Source of the DNA: Desulfarculus sp.
Lineage (GTDB): Bacteria; Desulfobacterota; Desulfarculia; Desulfarculales; Desulfarculaceae
NCBI GenBank assembly: GCA_016208115.1
Contig: JACQYR010000168.1
Location: 1,440-65,439 of the forward strand
Direction: 5' to 3'
Length of the DNA stretch: 64,000 nt
The notes beneath the pieces were generated by a model that was not told the DNA's origin, did not search any database, and worked only from the letters and a program-made list of their open reading frames with translations. The position numbers and the translations under genes are program-made. Shown here piece by piece: positions 10,074 through 19,138 of the stretch; position 1 is the stretch's first letter; every line of letters begins with the position of its first letter.

Positions 10074-10364
10074 TCACTGAGCCACCCCGCCCACCGGCAG
10101 GCTGGCCAGCAGGGCCGCCAAGACGGCGCTTGGCAAGGCGGGCTCCGGCGGCGCTGGCAGACCCAGGCGGCGGCAGGCCAGGGCTGGGGCCAGCAACCGG
10201 GCCTGGTCAGGGCTCCATCCGTCAGCCACCAGCCGGCCAGCGGTGGCCACCACCTCGGCCTGGGCATCTGGCGGCATGGCGGGCGGCGGCGGGTCTGCGG
10301 TCAGCACGGCGGCCAACTCACCGCCATGGGCCAGGGCGACGGCCACGGCGCGGCAGGACGGCAA
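10074..10364 (-). CDS. Hypothetical protein
   Basis: Co-oriented ORF after the primase operon; Ala/Leu/Pro-rich, no family recognised. Confidence 0.3.
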   Translation of the reverse strand: MPSCRAVAVALAHGGELAAVLTADPPPPAMPPDAQAEVVATAGRLVADGWSPDQARLLAPALACRRLGLPAPPEPALPSAVLAALLASLPVGGVAQ

Positions 10365-10926
10365 GCGCGGCCTCAGACGGCATATGTCCTTCCGGCTCAG
10401 GCAAAGCTAACCCCCGCTGGTCCGCCGTGATCGAAAGGGCCAGGTCTTGGGCCTGGGCGGGAGCCCAGCCACCAGCGCGTAACCTGATGCTCCGCTCCTG
10501 CACCTCGGCAAGGGCCTCTCGTGGCCAGACGCTCAGGTCCGGGGCAACGTGGCCAGGCTGGCCCTGCAAGATGAATAGCCAGGCGTGGCGCTCCATCAGA
10601 GTCTTGATTGTGGCATAGGCAAGGGCCTCGGCCTCCAGGTGGCTATGCCCCTGGCGCTGGATATGCTCCATGGCGGCCAGCATCAGGTGTTGGGCTGGGG
10701 CTGGCCAGGCAAGGGCTTCAGCGGCTTCGCCAGGGCCAAGGGCGGGAACCATACCGGACAGCTTTCGCGGCCCCGAAGTGTTAGGGACAAAATGGACAGT
10801 ATGGACATAATTCCCAGCCAAGCGAGTTCTGTCCATTTGGTCCATTCTGTCCGTTTGGTTTGGGGGGCTGGGTTTGAGCCCAGGCTCCCTACCCACGGAC
10901 ACAGCTAGTCGGTCCCGCCAGGTCAT
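10318..10926 (-). CDS. Hypothetical protein directly after the primase
   Basis: Starts 2 nt after the primase stop; MTWRDRL start and QMDQMDRT/VHTVHFVP patches of the kind often seen downstream of satellite primases. Confidence 0.5.
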   Translation of the reverse strand: MTWRDRLAVSVGREPGLKPSPPNQTDRMDQMDRTRLAGNYVHTVHFVPNTSGPRKLSGMVPALGPGEAAEALAWPAPAQHLMLAAMEHIQRQGHSHLEAEALAYATIKTLMERHAWLFILQGQPGHVAPDLSVWPREALAEVQERSIRLRAGGWAPAQAQDLALSITADQRGLALPEPEGHMPSEAALAVLPRRGRRPGPWR

Positions 10927-10928
10927 GG

Positions 10929-13343
10929 CTACCCCTCCAGGGCCTTGGGGTTGATCGCGTAGCTGGGGCTGGCCGGCCTACCAGGTCCACCCTTGGCGGC
11001 AGGCTCCTTGGAGAAGATGAAGGCCCGTTCTTCCAAGACGCCTAATGCGGCCTGTACCTGGGCGGCCCTGGGGTAGCGGCCCCGCATGGCACGATGGCAG
11101 TCTCGCATGGTGAAGTGCTCCACCCGTTCCCGCCGAATCCATGCCAGGGCATGCTTGGCCGCCTCCAGGTCCGGGTCCGCGCCCATGATACGAAAGGCGG
11201 CCAGGGCATGGCCAACCAGCCCGGCGGCCAGGTCCAGGGCGGCGGCCATGGTGGCTTGAGATATTGGCCTGCCTGAAGCCATTGCCTGGTGCTCCATGCA
11301 GTGCAACAGGCCTGCCAGCCGGGCGGCCAGGCCGGGCAGCTTGCCGGCCCAGTCCCGGACGTGCTCAAAGTTTCCGCCGTCCCGGAGTTCCTCCTCCACT
11401 CCGGATGCAAAAGCTTTCCATTCCTGGCGGGCGTAATCGGACAGGTGCAGCACGTGCGGGGCGGTGTCAGCGTCACCATTGCTTGCCTGGGGCAGGCCCA
11501 GCAGCTTGTGGACGGCTGCGTGATAGGCCGTTTGAACGCTGGCAGTGATAGGTGGGGCGTCTATGGTGCGGTGGCCCAGCAAGCTTTGGGGCAGGATGTA
11601 CACGAATCGCCCCAACAGCCCGCGCCCCCTGAAGCCGGGCTTGTCCATAAGCCCCTGCATCACCTCTGGCTGGGGAGACAGGCACAAAGTGAGGGCCGGC
11701 GCCTGCATCACCACTGGCGGGGCGTGGCGGCGGTCCACCCTAACGCTGTCCCCGGCATGGGCTTTGAGCACCAAATCCAGGTTGGCCACCCCGTTAGAGT
11801 AGCGCCCGGCCAGGGTGTCAAACAAGCCGCCTTCGGCAGAGATAATCCCCAGGCGCTCACTGTGTTCGGCCATAAGCGCCCCCATGGCTTCGGGGGTCAA
11901 GTCATCGGCCAGCAGGCGTGGCGCCCTCGGCACTTCGGGCAAGGCGGCCTCCAAGTCGGCAATCTCTTGGATAAGCTCCTGGCGTTCATCCGGCTTGGCC
12001 TTAGCCAACCGGCCTCTGAGTCCGGCAATGATGGCCTCTTGGGATTTCCGCTCGCTGGCTTTGGCGGTGATGTTGTCCCGCATGGCCTGGGCTTTCTCAG
12101 ATTCCCAGGCTAGGAGCGGGGCCACGGCCAGGGCTTGGGCGGCGCTTTTACGCTCGGCAGGCGGGGCCGGGGCAAGGATGTAGAGGTTCACGGGCTCCCT
12201 GTAGCCGGGCTTCACTTCCACCACCAGCTTGCCGGCACAGGCGGTGGACACGACCCCTAGCACGTTGGCCAGTACCAAATCTGGGGCCACCTGGAGATGT
12301 TCAGCGGCGGCCAGGGTGAAGTCTTTGGCCCAGCCGGGCAGGGTGTCTACGGGCAGGGGTGCGGGCTGGCAGGAGTCGAACGGCACGAGGTCTGGCCAGT
12401 CCTGGGCCTGCCCGGTAGGGGCCACCCCTGGCGCGGGCTCCGGGGCTTGGGCCGCTTCCATCTGGCGTCTTACCATCTCCAAGCCCTCGGTCTGGGCCAG
12501 GTCGTTAAAGTCAGTCCCCACCCCAGGCTGGGCGAACACCGGCAGGGCCAGCTTGCCCCCCACGGCCAGGGCGGAGGCGGTGGCCTTGGCCCGGCCAGGG
12601 TTGCCAGGCGTGGCATGGTCATCGTCGCCAGCCAAGACTATTGTCCGCTCGGGATAGCGCCCCCTGGCCATGGTGGCGACGACCTCCAGATTGCCAGCGG
12701 AGAAGGCGCATAGGACGGTAAAGCCCGTGGCCTCATGTAAGGAGAGGCCCGTAGCCAGGCCCTCACAGACCAGCAACGGGCCGGCCCCGCCTTTGATGGC
12801 GAAGTAGCCCCCGGTCATGCGGCCCCCGGGCATAAATCGTTTCTCGCTGTCCGGGGATATGGTCTGGAGAGATTGAGCTTTGCCGTCCGGCCCCAGCACC
12901 GGGACCAACAGTCGGCCCTCCGAATCCAGCTTGAGCCCAGGGCAAGGCTTGACCTTCTTGGCTTCCAGATATGCGTGCTCCTGGCAGGGCTGGGCCTGAC
13001 CCAGCATGGTTTGGGCGCGCTGGGCAGATTCGGCCCACGCCTGAGCCTGGGCGGCCTCGCGCTCCCGGCGGGTGGCTTCCATCCGCTGGGCCAGGGCGCG
13101 GCGCTCATCAGGCGTCATGGCGCGGTCATCACCGCCAGCACTCCAAGTGCCCTGTTGGCCGGTCCTGAAGTTTTGCCACCAGCCGCTGGCCGGGGCGTCC
13201 AGGTGCAAGACATAAGCACCGTCCTGGCCCCGGGGCTTGCCATCCACCGGGCAACGGTGAAGCTGGCCATCGGCGATGATCTCAGGCGGGCGAAGGCCGG
13301 CGGCTTCCACTTCCTGGCGGAAGGCACCCTCAAGCGCCTCCAT
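10929..13343 (-). CDS. Primase-helicase-like replication protein (N-terminal primase/Toprim plus DUF3987/YfjI domain)
   Basis: IIADGQLHR, HAYLEAKKV, CEGLATGLS, LAGDDD, TDFNDL (Toprim); EPVNLY...PAERKS, ADDLTPEA, SAEGGLF, RVDR, GLLGRF (DUF3987). Confidence 0.85.
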   Translation of the reverse strand: MEALEGAFRQEVEAAGLRPPEIIADGQLHRCPVDGKPRGQDGAYVLHLDAPASGWWQNFRTGQQGTWSAGGDDRAMTPDERRALAQRMEATRREREAAQAQAWAESAQRAQTMLGQAQPCQEHAYLEAKKVKPCPGLKLDSEGRLLVPVLGPDGKAQSLQTISPDSEKRFMPGGRMTGGYFAIKGGAGPLLVCEGLATGLSLHEATGFTVLCAFSAGNLEVVATMARGRYPERTIVLAGDDDHATPGNPGRAKATASALAVGGKLALPVFAQPGVGTDFNDLAQTEGLEMVRRQMEAAQAPEPAPGVAPTGQAQDWPDLVPFDSCQPAPLPVDTLPGWAKDFTLAAAEHLQVAPDLVLANVLGVVSTACAGKLVVEVKPGYREPVNLYILAPAPPAERKSAAQALAVAPLLAWESEKAQAMRDNITAKASERKSQEAIIAGLRGRLAKAKPDERQELIQEIADLEAALPEVPRAPRLLADDLTPEAMGALMAEHSERLGIISAEGGLFDTLAGRYSNGVANLDLVLKAHAGDSVRVDRRHAPPVVMQAPALTLCLSPQPEVMQGLMDKPGFRGRGLLGRFVYILPQSLLGHRTIDAPPITASVQTAYHAAVHKLLGLPQASNGDADTAPHVLHLSDYARQEWKAFASGVEEELRDGGNFEHVRDWAGKLPGLAARLAGLLHCMEHQAMASGRPISQATMAAALDLAAGLVGHALAAFRIMGADPDLEAAKHALAWIRRERVEHFTMRDCHRAMRGRYPRAAQVQAALGVLEERAFIFSKEPAAKGGPGRPASPSYAINPKALEG

Positions 13344-13345
13344 TG

Positions 13346-13591
13346 CTAGGCCGCCTTCCCGCCCTGGCGGTCTTCAACCCGGAGCCGGGCGGCCAGCCAC
13401 GCTAGGAAGGCTTCCCGCTCATATCCAACCCGCCGGCCCATGACCACCTTGCCGGCCGGCCCTTGGCCCAGTGAGTCAAGATTGGCCAAGGTGCGCGGGT
13501 GAAGACCCGTCAGGGCGCGAAAGTTGGGGTGGCTGCGGAAGAGGATCGGTGGAAGTTCAGCCCGGAGGGATTCAAGAACTTTAGTGGTCAT
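13346..13591 (-). CDS. AlpA/Xis-like small DNA-binding protein
   Basis: RTLANLDSLGQGP...GRRVGYEREAFLAWL; located upstream of the primase as in PICIs. Confidence 0.7.
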   Translation of the reverse strand: MTTKVLESLRAELPPILFRSHPNFRALTGLHPRTLANLDSLGQGPAGKVVMGRRVGYEREAFLAWLAARLRVEDRQGGKAA

Positions 13592-13711
13592 CGGCCTATC
13601 TCCATCAAGGTCACGCGGTCATTCGCGTGAGCATGGGGATAGGCTAATGACTTCTTACGGGAAAATCATCGGACGGAAATATTTTTTATTTTATATTTAC
13701 GTGGGATTCTC

Positions 13712-14407
13712 TCAATGTCTAATTAGCCTGACTGCCCTTTCTATATGGCGTCGTGGGTCAACGGTAGCAAGGCCGGCAGACTCAAAACATATGCAGATTA
13801 TTTGCCAGAAAGGCCCGTTGTTTGTTGAAGTTGGAGTTGCGATATGGTCAGCCATAAGGCGCGCAACCGTATTGACAAAATCCGTTATCCTCTTGTGCTT
13901 ATCGCTTTGGCCTGTCTGGCCTTTGATGGGCAACTCGTCTAGAAGGTAAATCAATCTGTCCAAATGGCGTATAGCCATGCTGGCCATATTTTGGATTTCT
14001 AGGTAGTGTTCTCCCCCCTGACCTATGTATTCGTCTGAGTCGTCGTACAGATTTTCGAGCCTAGCGTCTCCCATGATATATGGCTTCATTTTACCAGAAC
14101 TATATTGCCGGAGTGTGTTGCGGGCTCTTTTCAACCGCTCCAAATTGGCCTTGTTCTCTCTGTAAAGCTCACCTTGTGATGGATAATTTAAATCCCGTTT
14201 GAAAATGTGAATATATCGCAGTATCTCTTGAATAAAATGGTCATGCTTTTCGTGGTTTCCAATCTTGTCTAGGACGGTCATCAACCCTTTGACTTCCCTA
14301 GCATTTGATACGCTGGGCCGAATGACTGTAAAGCGATCAAGTAGCTTATCTAATAAAGGGTCGCTTTCAAAAATTATTTCATCTTCCCAGGGTGGCCCGT
14401 CGCTCAT
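13712..14407 (-). CDS. Hypothetical protein (AT-rich)
   Basis: 231-aa ORF coupled to the antitoxin gene, lower GC than its neighbours. Confidence 0.6.
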   Translation of the reverse strand: MSDGPPWEDEIIFESDPLLDKLLDRFTVIRPSVSNAREVKGLMTVLDKIGNHEKHDHFIQEILRYIHIFKRDLNYPSQGELYRENKANLERLKRARNTLRQYSSGKMKPYIMGDARLENLYDDSDEYIGQGGEHYLEIQNMASMAIRHLDRLIYLLDELPIKGQTGQSDKHKRITDFVNTVARLMADHIATPTSTNNGPFWQIICICFESAGLATVDPRRHIERAVRLIRH

Positions 14408-14408
14408 T

Positions 14409-14774
14409 TCAAGCCGCCCAAAACCGTCTGGGGTCCACCTTCAAGGCTTCTCCCAGCTTGCGCGCATTCTGCTTCCCAATTGGCCGCTTGCCGCCCTCCA
14501 TCTCGCTGATGTGCCGGCGGGGAATGCCCGTGGCCTCTGCAAGCTGAGCCTGAGTCAAGCCTTCGCGGTAGCGCGCCCCGGCCAGGAAGACCCCCGGCAG
14601 TTCATCATCGGCATAGGGCAGGGCTTCACGCCAAGGCCGGGCTTCTTCCTGGGCGACAAAGCCAAGCTTGTGCATGGCCGCAATGGCGGCGGCCCTCTTG
14701 GCGGCGGGGCCAATGAAAGTCAAGAAGGCCCTGGCCTGGGCCTCAGTAAGGGGCTTTCTCGTGGCTGCCAACAT
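14409..14774 (-). CDS. XRE-family HTH antitoxin (HigA-like)
   Basis: ARYREGLTQAQLAEATGIPRRHISEMEGGKRPIG; overlaps the toxin gene. Confidence 0.85.
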   Translation of the reverse strand: MLAATRKPLTEAQARAFLTFIGPAAKRAAAIAAMHKLGFVAQEEARPWREALPYADDELPGVFLAGARYREGLTQAQLAEATGIPRRHISEMEGGKRPIGKQNARKLGEALKVDPRRFWAA

Positions 14775-15027
14775 AAGTCACCTCGATCAATCTGACTCTA
14801 CCCGAAACCTCTTCCCACACGACAACGTAGGTGGGCTGGCCTTTTTTGATATGGCAATGGTGACGACGATTGCCCAGCTTGCCATAATTGGGCCAGTCTC
14901 CCCGCACAGGGCCGCCGGCCTCCATGTCTTTCATCAGCAGGGCCAGGGCCTTGCGGGCAGCCTCCGGCAGCTTGTCAATGCCCTTGCGGGCCTTGGCGGA
15001 GACCGTCACAGTCCAGGCCACTCGCAA
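14743..15027 (-). CDS. RelE/HigB-superfamily toxin
   Basis: WTVTVSAKARKGIDKLP...WPNYGKL...HHCHIKKGQPTYVVVW...IEVTYVGSHEKAPY; toxin-first gene order. Confidence 0.8.
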   Translation of the reverse strand: MRVAWTVTVSAKARKGIDKLPEAARKALALLMKDMEAGGPVRGDWPNYGKLGNRRHHCHIKKGQPTYVVVWEEVSGRVRLIEVTYVGSHEKAPY

Positions 15028-15063
15028 CTCCAGTGTACCAAATAATAGTACAGGCTCAAGCCA

Positions 15064-16314
15064 TTATTTGCGGGCTTCAACACCCCGTTGGCCATTGACC
15101 CTGGACAGGGGCAACACCTTGGCCGGCTCAGCGGTAAGCATGTTCTCCAGGCCGCTCAAGGCCCGGTGCTGGGCCTCTGGGTTGGTGTGGGTGTAGCGGG
15201 CGGCCATGGCCACCACCTTCCAGCCCATGGTGTCCATCAGTTCGCGGATGCTCAAGACCTTGGCCAATTCAGTAGCCACGCTATGCCTGATGGAATGAAA
15301 ACTCAAGCGCTCACGCGCCGGGCGGCCCTGGTTCAGGCCCAGTTCCTCCACCGTCTTGGTGAATGTCTGGGGTACGCATGAATATGGGCCGCCGCGCTGG
15401 TTGACAAAGACATGAGCATCATCAGCCCCCCGCCCGATTTCGGCCAACAGGTCCGCCAGGGGCGGGGTGATGGGCAGCCGCCGAACGTCCTTGTTCTTGG
15501 TGTCCGCGAATGTCAGGGTGGTCCGTTCAAGGTCCACGTGCCCCCACCGCAGACTGAGGGCCTCGGAAAGCCGGCACCCGGTCAGGAAGGCAAAGCGGGT
15601 CAACCTCCAAGCTCGCCTGTCCCGCGCCTCCAGGGCCTCCAGGACGGCCTGAGCCTCTTGGTTGCTGATAACCCTTAGCCGGCGGTTGTCACGTGGCGCT
15701 GTGGCCCCTAGCTGCTTGCCCGTGGGGATATCCACGGCCAGGCCCCGCTCCTTGGCGTGGCGAAGCACCCGGCGGGCGGTGCCGCTGATGTATTCCTTGC
15801 TGCGCTGACTCAGGCCGGCCTTGTCCAGGGTCTTCATCAAGGCGTCCCACTGGGGCAAGGCAATCTCCACCACGGCCAGCCGGCCAAGGGTAGGCGCAAG
15901 CCATTTCGTGAAGTGCTGTTCCTCCTTGATCCAGGAAGACCGTTTCTTGGTGCGCTGGGCATGAGGCCAGTAATGGTCACGCCAGTAATCGGCAAAGGTG
16001 GTGGAGCGGTAGGCTTCGGCCTTCATGGTGGCCAGGTCCGCCTGCCGCTGGGCTTCCGCCCGTTGGCGCTTCTCCGCCAGGCTGGTAGCGCCTTGGCCTG
16101 TTCTGAGGGCTTCCTTAAGGCGGGTCAACTCGGCCTGGGCCTTGGCCAAGGTCCAGCCCTCAGAGGCCCAGCCCAGGGCCTCTTGGCGATGCTGCCCGCC
16201 GGACCTGTAGCGCAGCACGAAATACTTGTCTGGCCGAACGCCATGCTTGCGGGTGGGATGCAGTCTGGCCCGGATGCCTGGGGCCACCTTCACCCACTGG
16301 TCTTGCTGTGCCAC
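15064..16314 (-). CDS. int: Tyrosine recombinase/integrase
   Basis: Catalytic R (TGCRLSE), K (TKNK), HxxR (FHSIRH), GW and Y (RYTH); GTG start after GAGGGGGAGG; adjacent to att copy 2. Confidence 0.92.
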   Translation of the reverse strand: MAQQDQWVKVAPGIRARLHPTRKHGVRPDKYFVLRYRSGGQHRQEALGWASEGWTLAKAQAELTRLKEALRTGQGATSLAEKRQRAEAQRQADLATMKAEAYRSTTFADYWRDHYWPHAQRTKKRSSWIKEEQHFTKWLAPTLGRLAVVEIALPQWDALMKTLDKAGLSQRSKEYISGTARRVLRHAKERGLAVDIPTGKQLGATAPRDNRRLRVISNQEAQAVLEALEARDRRAWRLTRFAFLTGCRLSEALSLRWGHVDLERTTLTFADTKNKDVRRLPITPPLADLLAEIGRGADDAHVFVNQRGGPYSCVPQTFTKTVEELGLNQGRPARERLSFHSIRHSVATELAKVLSIRELMDTMGWKVVAMAARYTHTNPEAQHRALSGLENMLTAEPAKVLPLSRVNGQRGVEARK

Positions 16315-16347
16315 TTTTGCCTCCCCCTCTAATCCCCCATGGTGTTC

Positions 16348-16371
16348 TGTGCCACACCTGTGCCACATTTT
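16348..16371 (+). repeat. Probable integrase arm-type sites, second copy
   Basis: Identical 24-mer to 7663-7686. Confidence 0.7.
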
Positions 16372-16484
16372 CGGATGAAGCGGCGGGGGATATCGTGAAG
16401 CCTAGTGACTTATATATAGCATGTATATCTGCATGTTACTATATTATTGTGGCACTGAGTTATGCCACGTGAAATAGATTTTGA

Positions 16485-16550
16485 GGGACTCAAAATCCCC
16501 CACTCCTTGCGGGTATGAGAGTTCGAGTCTCTCCTCCGGCACCAATAAAA
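16485..16550 (+). repeat. att core copy 2 (attR of the satellite; attL of the second element)
   Basis: 16485-16545 = 7534-7594; 16489-16550 = 56092-56153 (62 bp). Confidence 0.9.
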
Positions 16551-16551
16551 A

Positions 16552-16593
16552 CAGCCGCTTAGGGTATATTGCCTTAAGGGGCTGCTCTTTTTT
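16552..16593 (+). terminator. Probable terminator after att copy 2
   Basis: Imperfect stem CAGCCGCTTAGGGTA/TGCCTTAAGGGGCTG followed by a T-tract. Confidence 0.5.
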
Positions 16594-16631
16594 GGGGAAC
16601 GTGTGGGGAACGAAACGGGAAAAATTGACCT

Positions 16632-16675
16632 AGTTGGCCAGAAATCGCTGCCAAGTTGGCCAGAAAAGATTGCCA
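16632..16675 (+). repeat. Two tandem 22-bp repeats, candidate transposase-binding sites at the tail-proximal end
   Basis: AGTTGGCCAGAAATCGCTGCCA and AGTTGGCCAGAAAAGATTGCCA, starting 6 bp inside a TG at 16626. Confidence 0.7.
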
Positions 16676-16760
16676 AAACCCACGACTACCGGCAACCTCC
16701 TTGCCGGCCCTGGCCGGCGCTTTAGCGTCAACGCATTGGCGAACCGAAGAGGGAAGCTCC

Positions 16761-17330
16761 CTATACTGTAGGGAGGATCGCCAACGCTGCCGGCACGGTG
16801 ATCTGGCTCATGCTGATCTGGGGGTCGGTGGCCACCCAGCCGCTCAGGTCCACCTGGTAGGCGGTCACCTCCTCGGGGGTGGTGAGCGCCCTGATCTGGG
16901 CCACCCGGCTGGACCCGGCCATCGAGGAGCCCACCAGCAGATACTGCCATAGCTGCACGAACAGACCCAGCACCGGCGTGATCTGGTCCTTAACCGCCTG
17001 GGGCACGTCGTCTCGGGCCAGCAGGTCCTTGTAGTGGGCATGCACCTGGCTGGCCGCCTGCTGCCACGGCTGGTCATAGTGTTTGTCCATCTCGGCGCGG
17101 ATCGCCGCCCAGACCATGTCCTCTTTGTGGGCCTTCAGGGCATCCAGCGGTGGGCCTGGGGGCGGCGACCACTGACCGTCAGCATAGGTCCAGCCAGGCT
17201 GCACCTGGTCTGGGGCCTCGATCATCTGCTCAATGAGCGCCGGCGCATACCGCTCGGCCAGGGAAACCCCGTCAACCACGTCCTGGAACAGCTCTCGCAC
17301 CTGACCGTCAACAACCAGCACCGCCTTCAT
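16761..17330 (-). CDS. Probable tail fibre assembly/chaperone protein
   Basis: VQPGWTYADGQWSPPPGPPLDALKAHK pattern; directly follows the tail fibre gene. Confidence 0.6.
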   Translation of the reverse strand: MKAVLVVDGQVRELFQDVVDGVSLAERYAPALIEQMIEAPDQVQPGWTYADGQWSPPPGPPLDALKAHKEDMVWAAIRAEMDKHYDQPWQQAASQVHAHYKDLLARDDVPQAVKDQITPVLGLFVQLWQYLLVGSSMAGSSRVAQIRALTTPEEVTAYQVDLSGWVATDPQISMSQITVPAALAILPTV

Positions 17331-17341
17331 GCCCCCACCTC

Positions 17342-19138
17342 CTACCACTGAATACGAACTTGCCCAAGGGCCCCGGCGCCGCCCTGATAGTAGTTGCTGT
17401 TACCGGCCCCGCCGCCGCCGCCAGGAGCAGCCCCAGGGAGTCCGTTGCCCGGAGCAACCCAGGGGGCACCTCCAGCACCACCATTGGCGCCCGCCCCACC
17501 GTACCCGGCGGGAGAACCGTTGTTGGCTTGGCCAGCCCCCCCAGCTACGTTGATGTCTCCGCTAATGCCCGCACCTGCGGCCCCGCCTGCCGCGGGGATG
17601 CCCGTTCCCTGCGCCCCCCCAGCCCCGCCAGTCGCGGAATGGTACGAGCCGGTGGAGGATGTGCCTCCTGTTCCACCCGATCCACCGGACCCGGCGGCGC
17701 CAGCCGCACCCACAGTAACGGTGATTTGCTGCCCAGGGGTAACGGGAACCCACTTACAAGAGTACCCGGCGCCGCCGCCGCCACCACCGCCATAGGAAGT
17801 CGCACCGGAGCCTCCACCGCCGCCGCCGCCCCACACCTCGGAATAAATCCGCGTAACCCAGGAGGGGCAGTCCACGCCCTGCGTCCAGGTGAAGGTTCCA
17901 GCGCCCCCGTAGGTAGTCGAGCCGACCAAGCCCGAGGGGAGTGATGGATTCAGCAGCACCATGTTGGTGCCATCGTACTTGAGCATGTAGACGCCGCCCG
18001 CCCTGATCTGCCCTGAGAGCGGATTGGTGCCGTCAGCCAACTTGATGCCCTTGGCCCCCAAACCGCTGACATTGACCGCGCAGGCCCCAGTGTTGCGACC
18101 GGAGTTGAAGGTCATGACCTGCCCAGTGCCGGCCGCCGGCACGGCGCTCAGCAGGATGTGGGTGCTGTCCACCACGGAGGAGATGGTGGTGTTGCGCACG
18201 ATCAGCGATCCCTCGGCCTGCCAGCCCACGCTGAGGCCGGCGGTGCTGCCGGCGGTCAGGACCACCTCCACCACGGGGACGGTGACCGTCACGGCGACAC
18301 CGGAGCCTCCCGTGCAGCTCAGGCTGGAGGTGAAATGGGTGGAGTCCACCACGGTGGCCACCAGGCAGCCAGCCGGTATGCCGGAGCCGCTGATGGGCAT
18401 GCCTGGCAGGATGTTGGCCGTGGTGCCCGAGGTGAGAGCGAAGCTGGTGTTGCTGGCGATGGTGGCCGTGACGCTCTTGGTGAACGTCATGGCGATGCCG
18501 GAGGCGTTGGTGGCCGCCTGGCTCAGGGTGAACGTGGTCAGGCCGGTAACGGTGATGGTGGTACCCGCCGAAATGCCGGAGCCGGTAACGGTCATGCCCG
18601 TGGCCAGGCCGGTGGTGGTGCCTGTGGTCAACGTGACGGACGTCCCGCCGCTGATGGTGCCCAGGCGGCTGGAGGCCACGCCGCCCACCCTGGTGCTGTC
18701 GCCGCCCCGGGGCCTAAAGAAATAGGTGTCGTCGGCGCTGTAGGCGGTCTTGGCCGGGCTGGGGGTCAAAACGTAGGTATTGATCGCCGTGCCGGTGTCG
18801 CTTAGCAGGGTGTCAATGGTCCCCAGCGGCGCCCAAACCACCGGGTCGGTCGAGGTGCATTTGTAGGCCAGCCCCGTATCCGTCTCGCTGATTATCATGC
18901 CCAGGGTGAGGTTGGCCGGCCTGGTGGTGCTGGTGCAGACCACCAGCGCCACCGTGCCTGTGCTGCCGTCGTGGCCGTGGGCCAGGGGCGCCCGATTGGT
19001 CACCTCGGCGTGCAGATTGGACATCGTGGTGCCCAGGCTGTTTAGAAAGGCCAAGAAGGCCGCACCCCAACCGGTGACTGACGGCTGCCAGTTGACCAGG
19101 GCCGCGATCTTGGAAACCAGGTCGGAAACCAGCGACAT
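17342..19138 (-). CDS. Tail fibre / receptor-binding protein with internal beta-repeats and C-terminal glycine-rich domain
   Basis: Thr/Gly/Ser-rich; NTGACAVNVSGLGAKGIK...YDGT fibre motif; EVWGGGGGGG...VTPGQQITVTVGAAG...GQVRIQW domain. Confidence 0.8.
   Translation of the reverse strand: MSLVSDLVSKIAALVNWQPSVTGWGAAFLAFLNSLGTTMSNLHAEVTNRAPLAHGHDGSTGTVALVVCTSTTRPANLTLGMIISETDTGLAYKCTSTDPVVWAPLGTIDTLLSDTGTAINTYVLTPSPAKTAYSADDTYFFRPRGGDSTRVGGVASSRLGTISGGTSVTLTTGTTTGLATGMTVTGSGISAGTTITVTGLTTFTLSQAATNASGIAMTFTKSVTATIASNTSFALTSGTTANILPGMPISGSGIPAGCLVATVVDSTHFTSSLSCTGGSGVAVTVTVPVVEVVLTAGSTAGLSVGWQAEGSLIVRNTTISSVVDSTHILLSAVPAAGTGQVMTFNSGRNTGACAVNVSGLGAKGIKLADGTNPLSGQIRAGGVYMLKYDGTNMVLLNPSLPSGLVGSTTYGGAGTFTWTQGVDCPSWVTRIYSEVWGGGGGGGSGATSYGGGGGGGAGYSCKWVPVTPGQQITVTVGAAGAAGSGGSGGTGGTSSTGSYHSATGGAGGAQGTGIPAAGGAAGAGISGDINVAGGAGQANNGSPAGYGGAGANGGAGGAPWVAPGNGLPGAAPGGGGGAGNSNYYQGGAGALGQVRIQW

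Larger units (their letters stand above)
7534..16545. mobile_element. About 9 kb tRNA-Leu-integrated PICI/phage-satellite-like element
   Basis: Bounded by 61-bp direct repeats; encodes tyrosine integrase, AlpA-like protein, Toprim-DUF3987 primase and TA pair; no capsid, terminase or conjugation genes seen. Confidence 0.85.

Noticed and set aside
16485-16545. Second tRNA-Leu gene
   Set aside because: Lacks the 5' acceptor strand and D-arm; it is an att duplication.
17342-19138. Diversity-generating retroelement or invertible tail-fibre cassette
   Set aside because: No reverse transcriptase, template/variable repeat pair, invertase or second inverted fibre gene seen.
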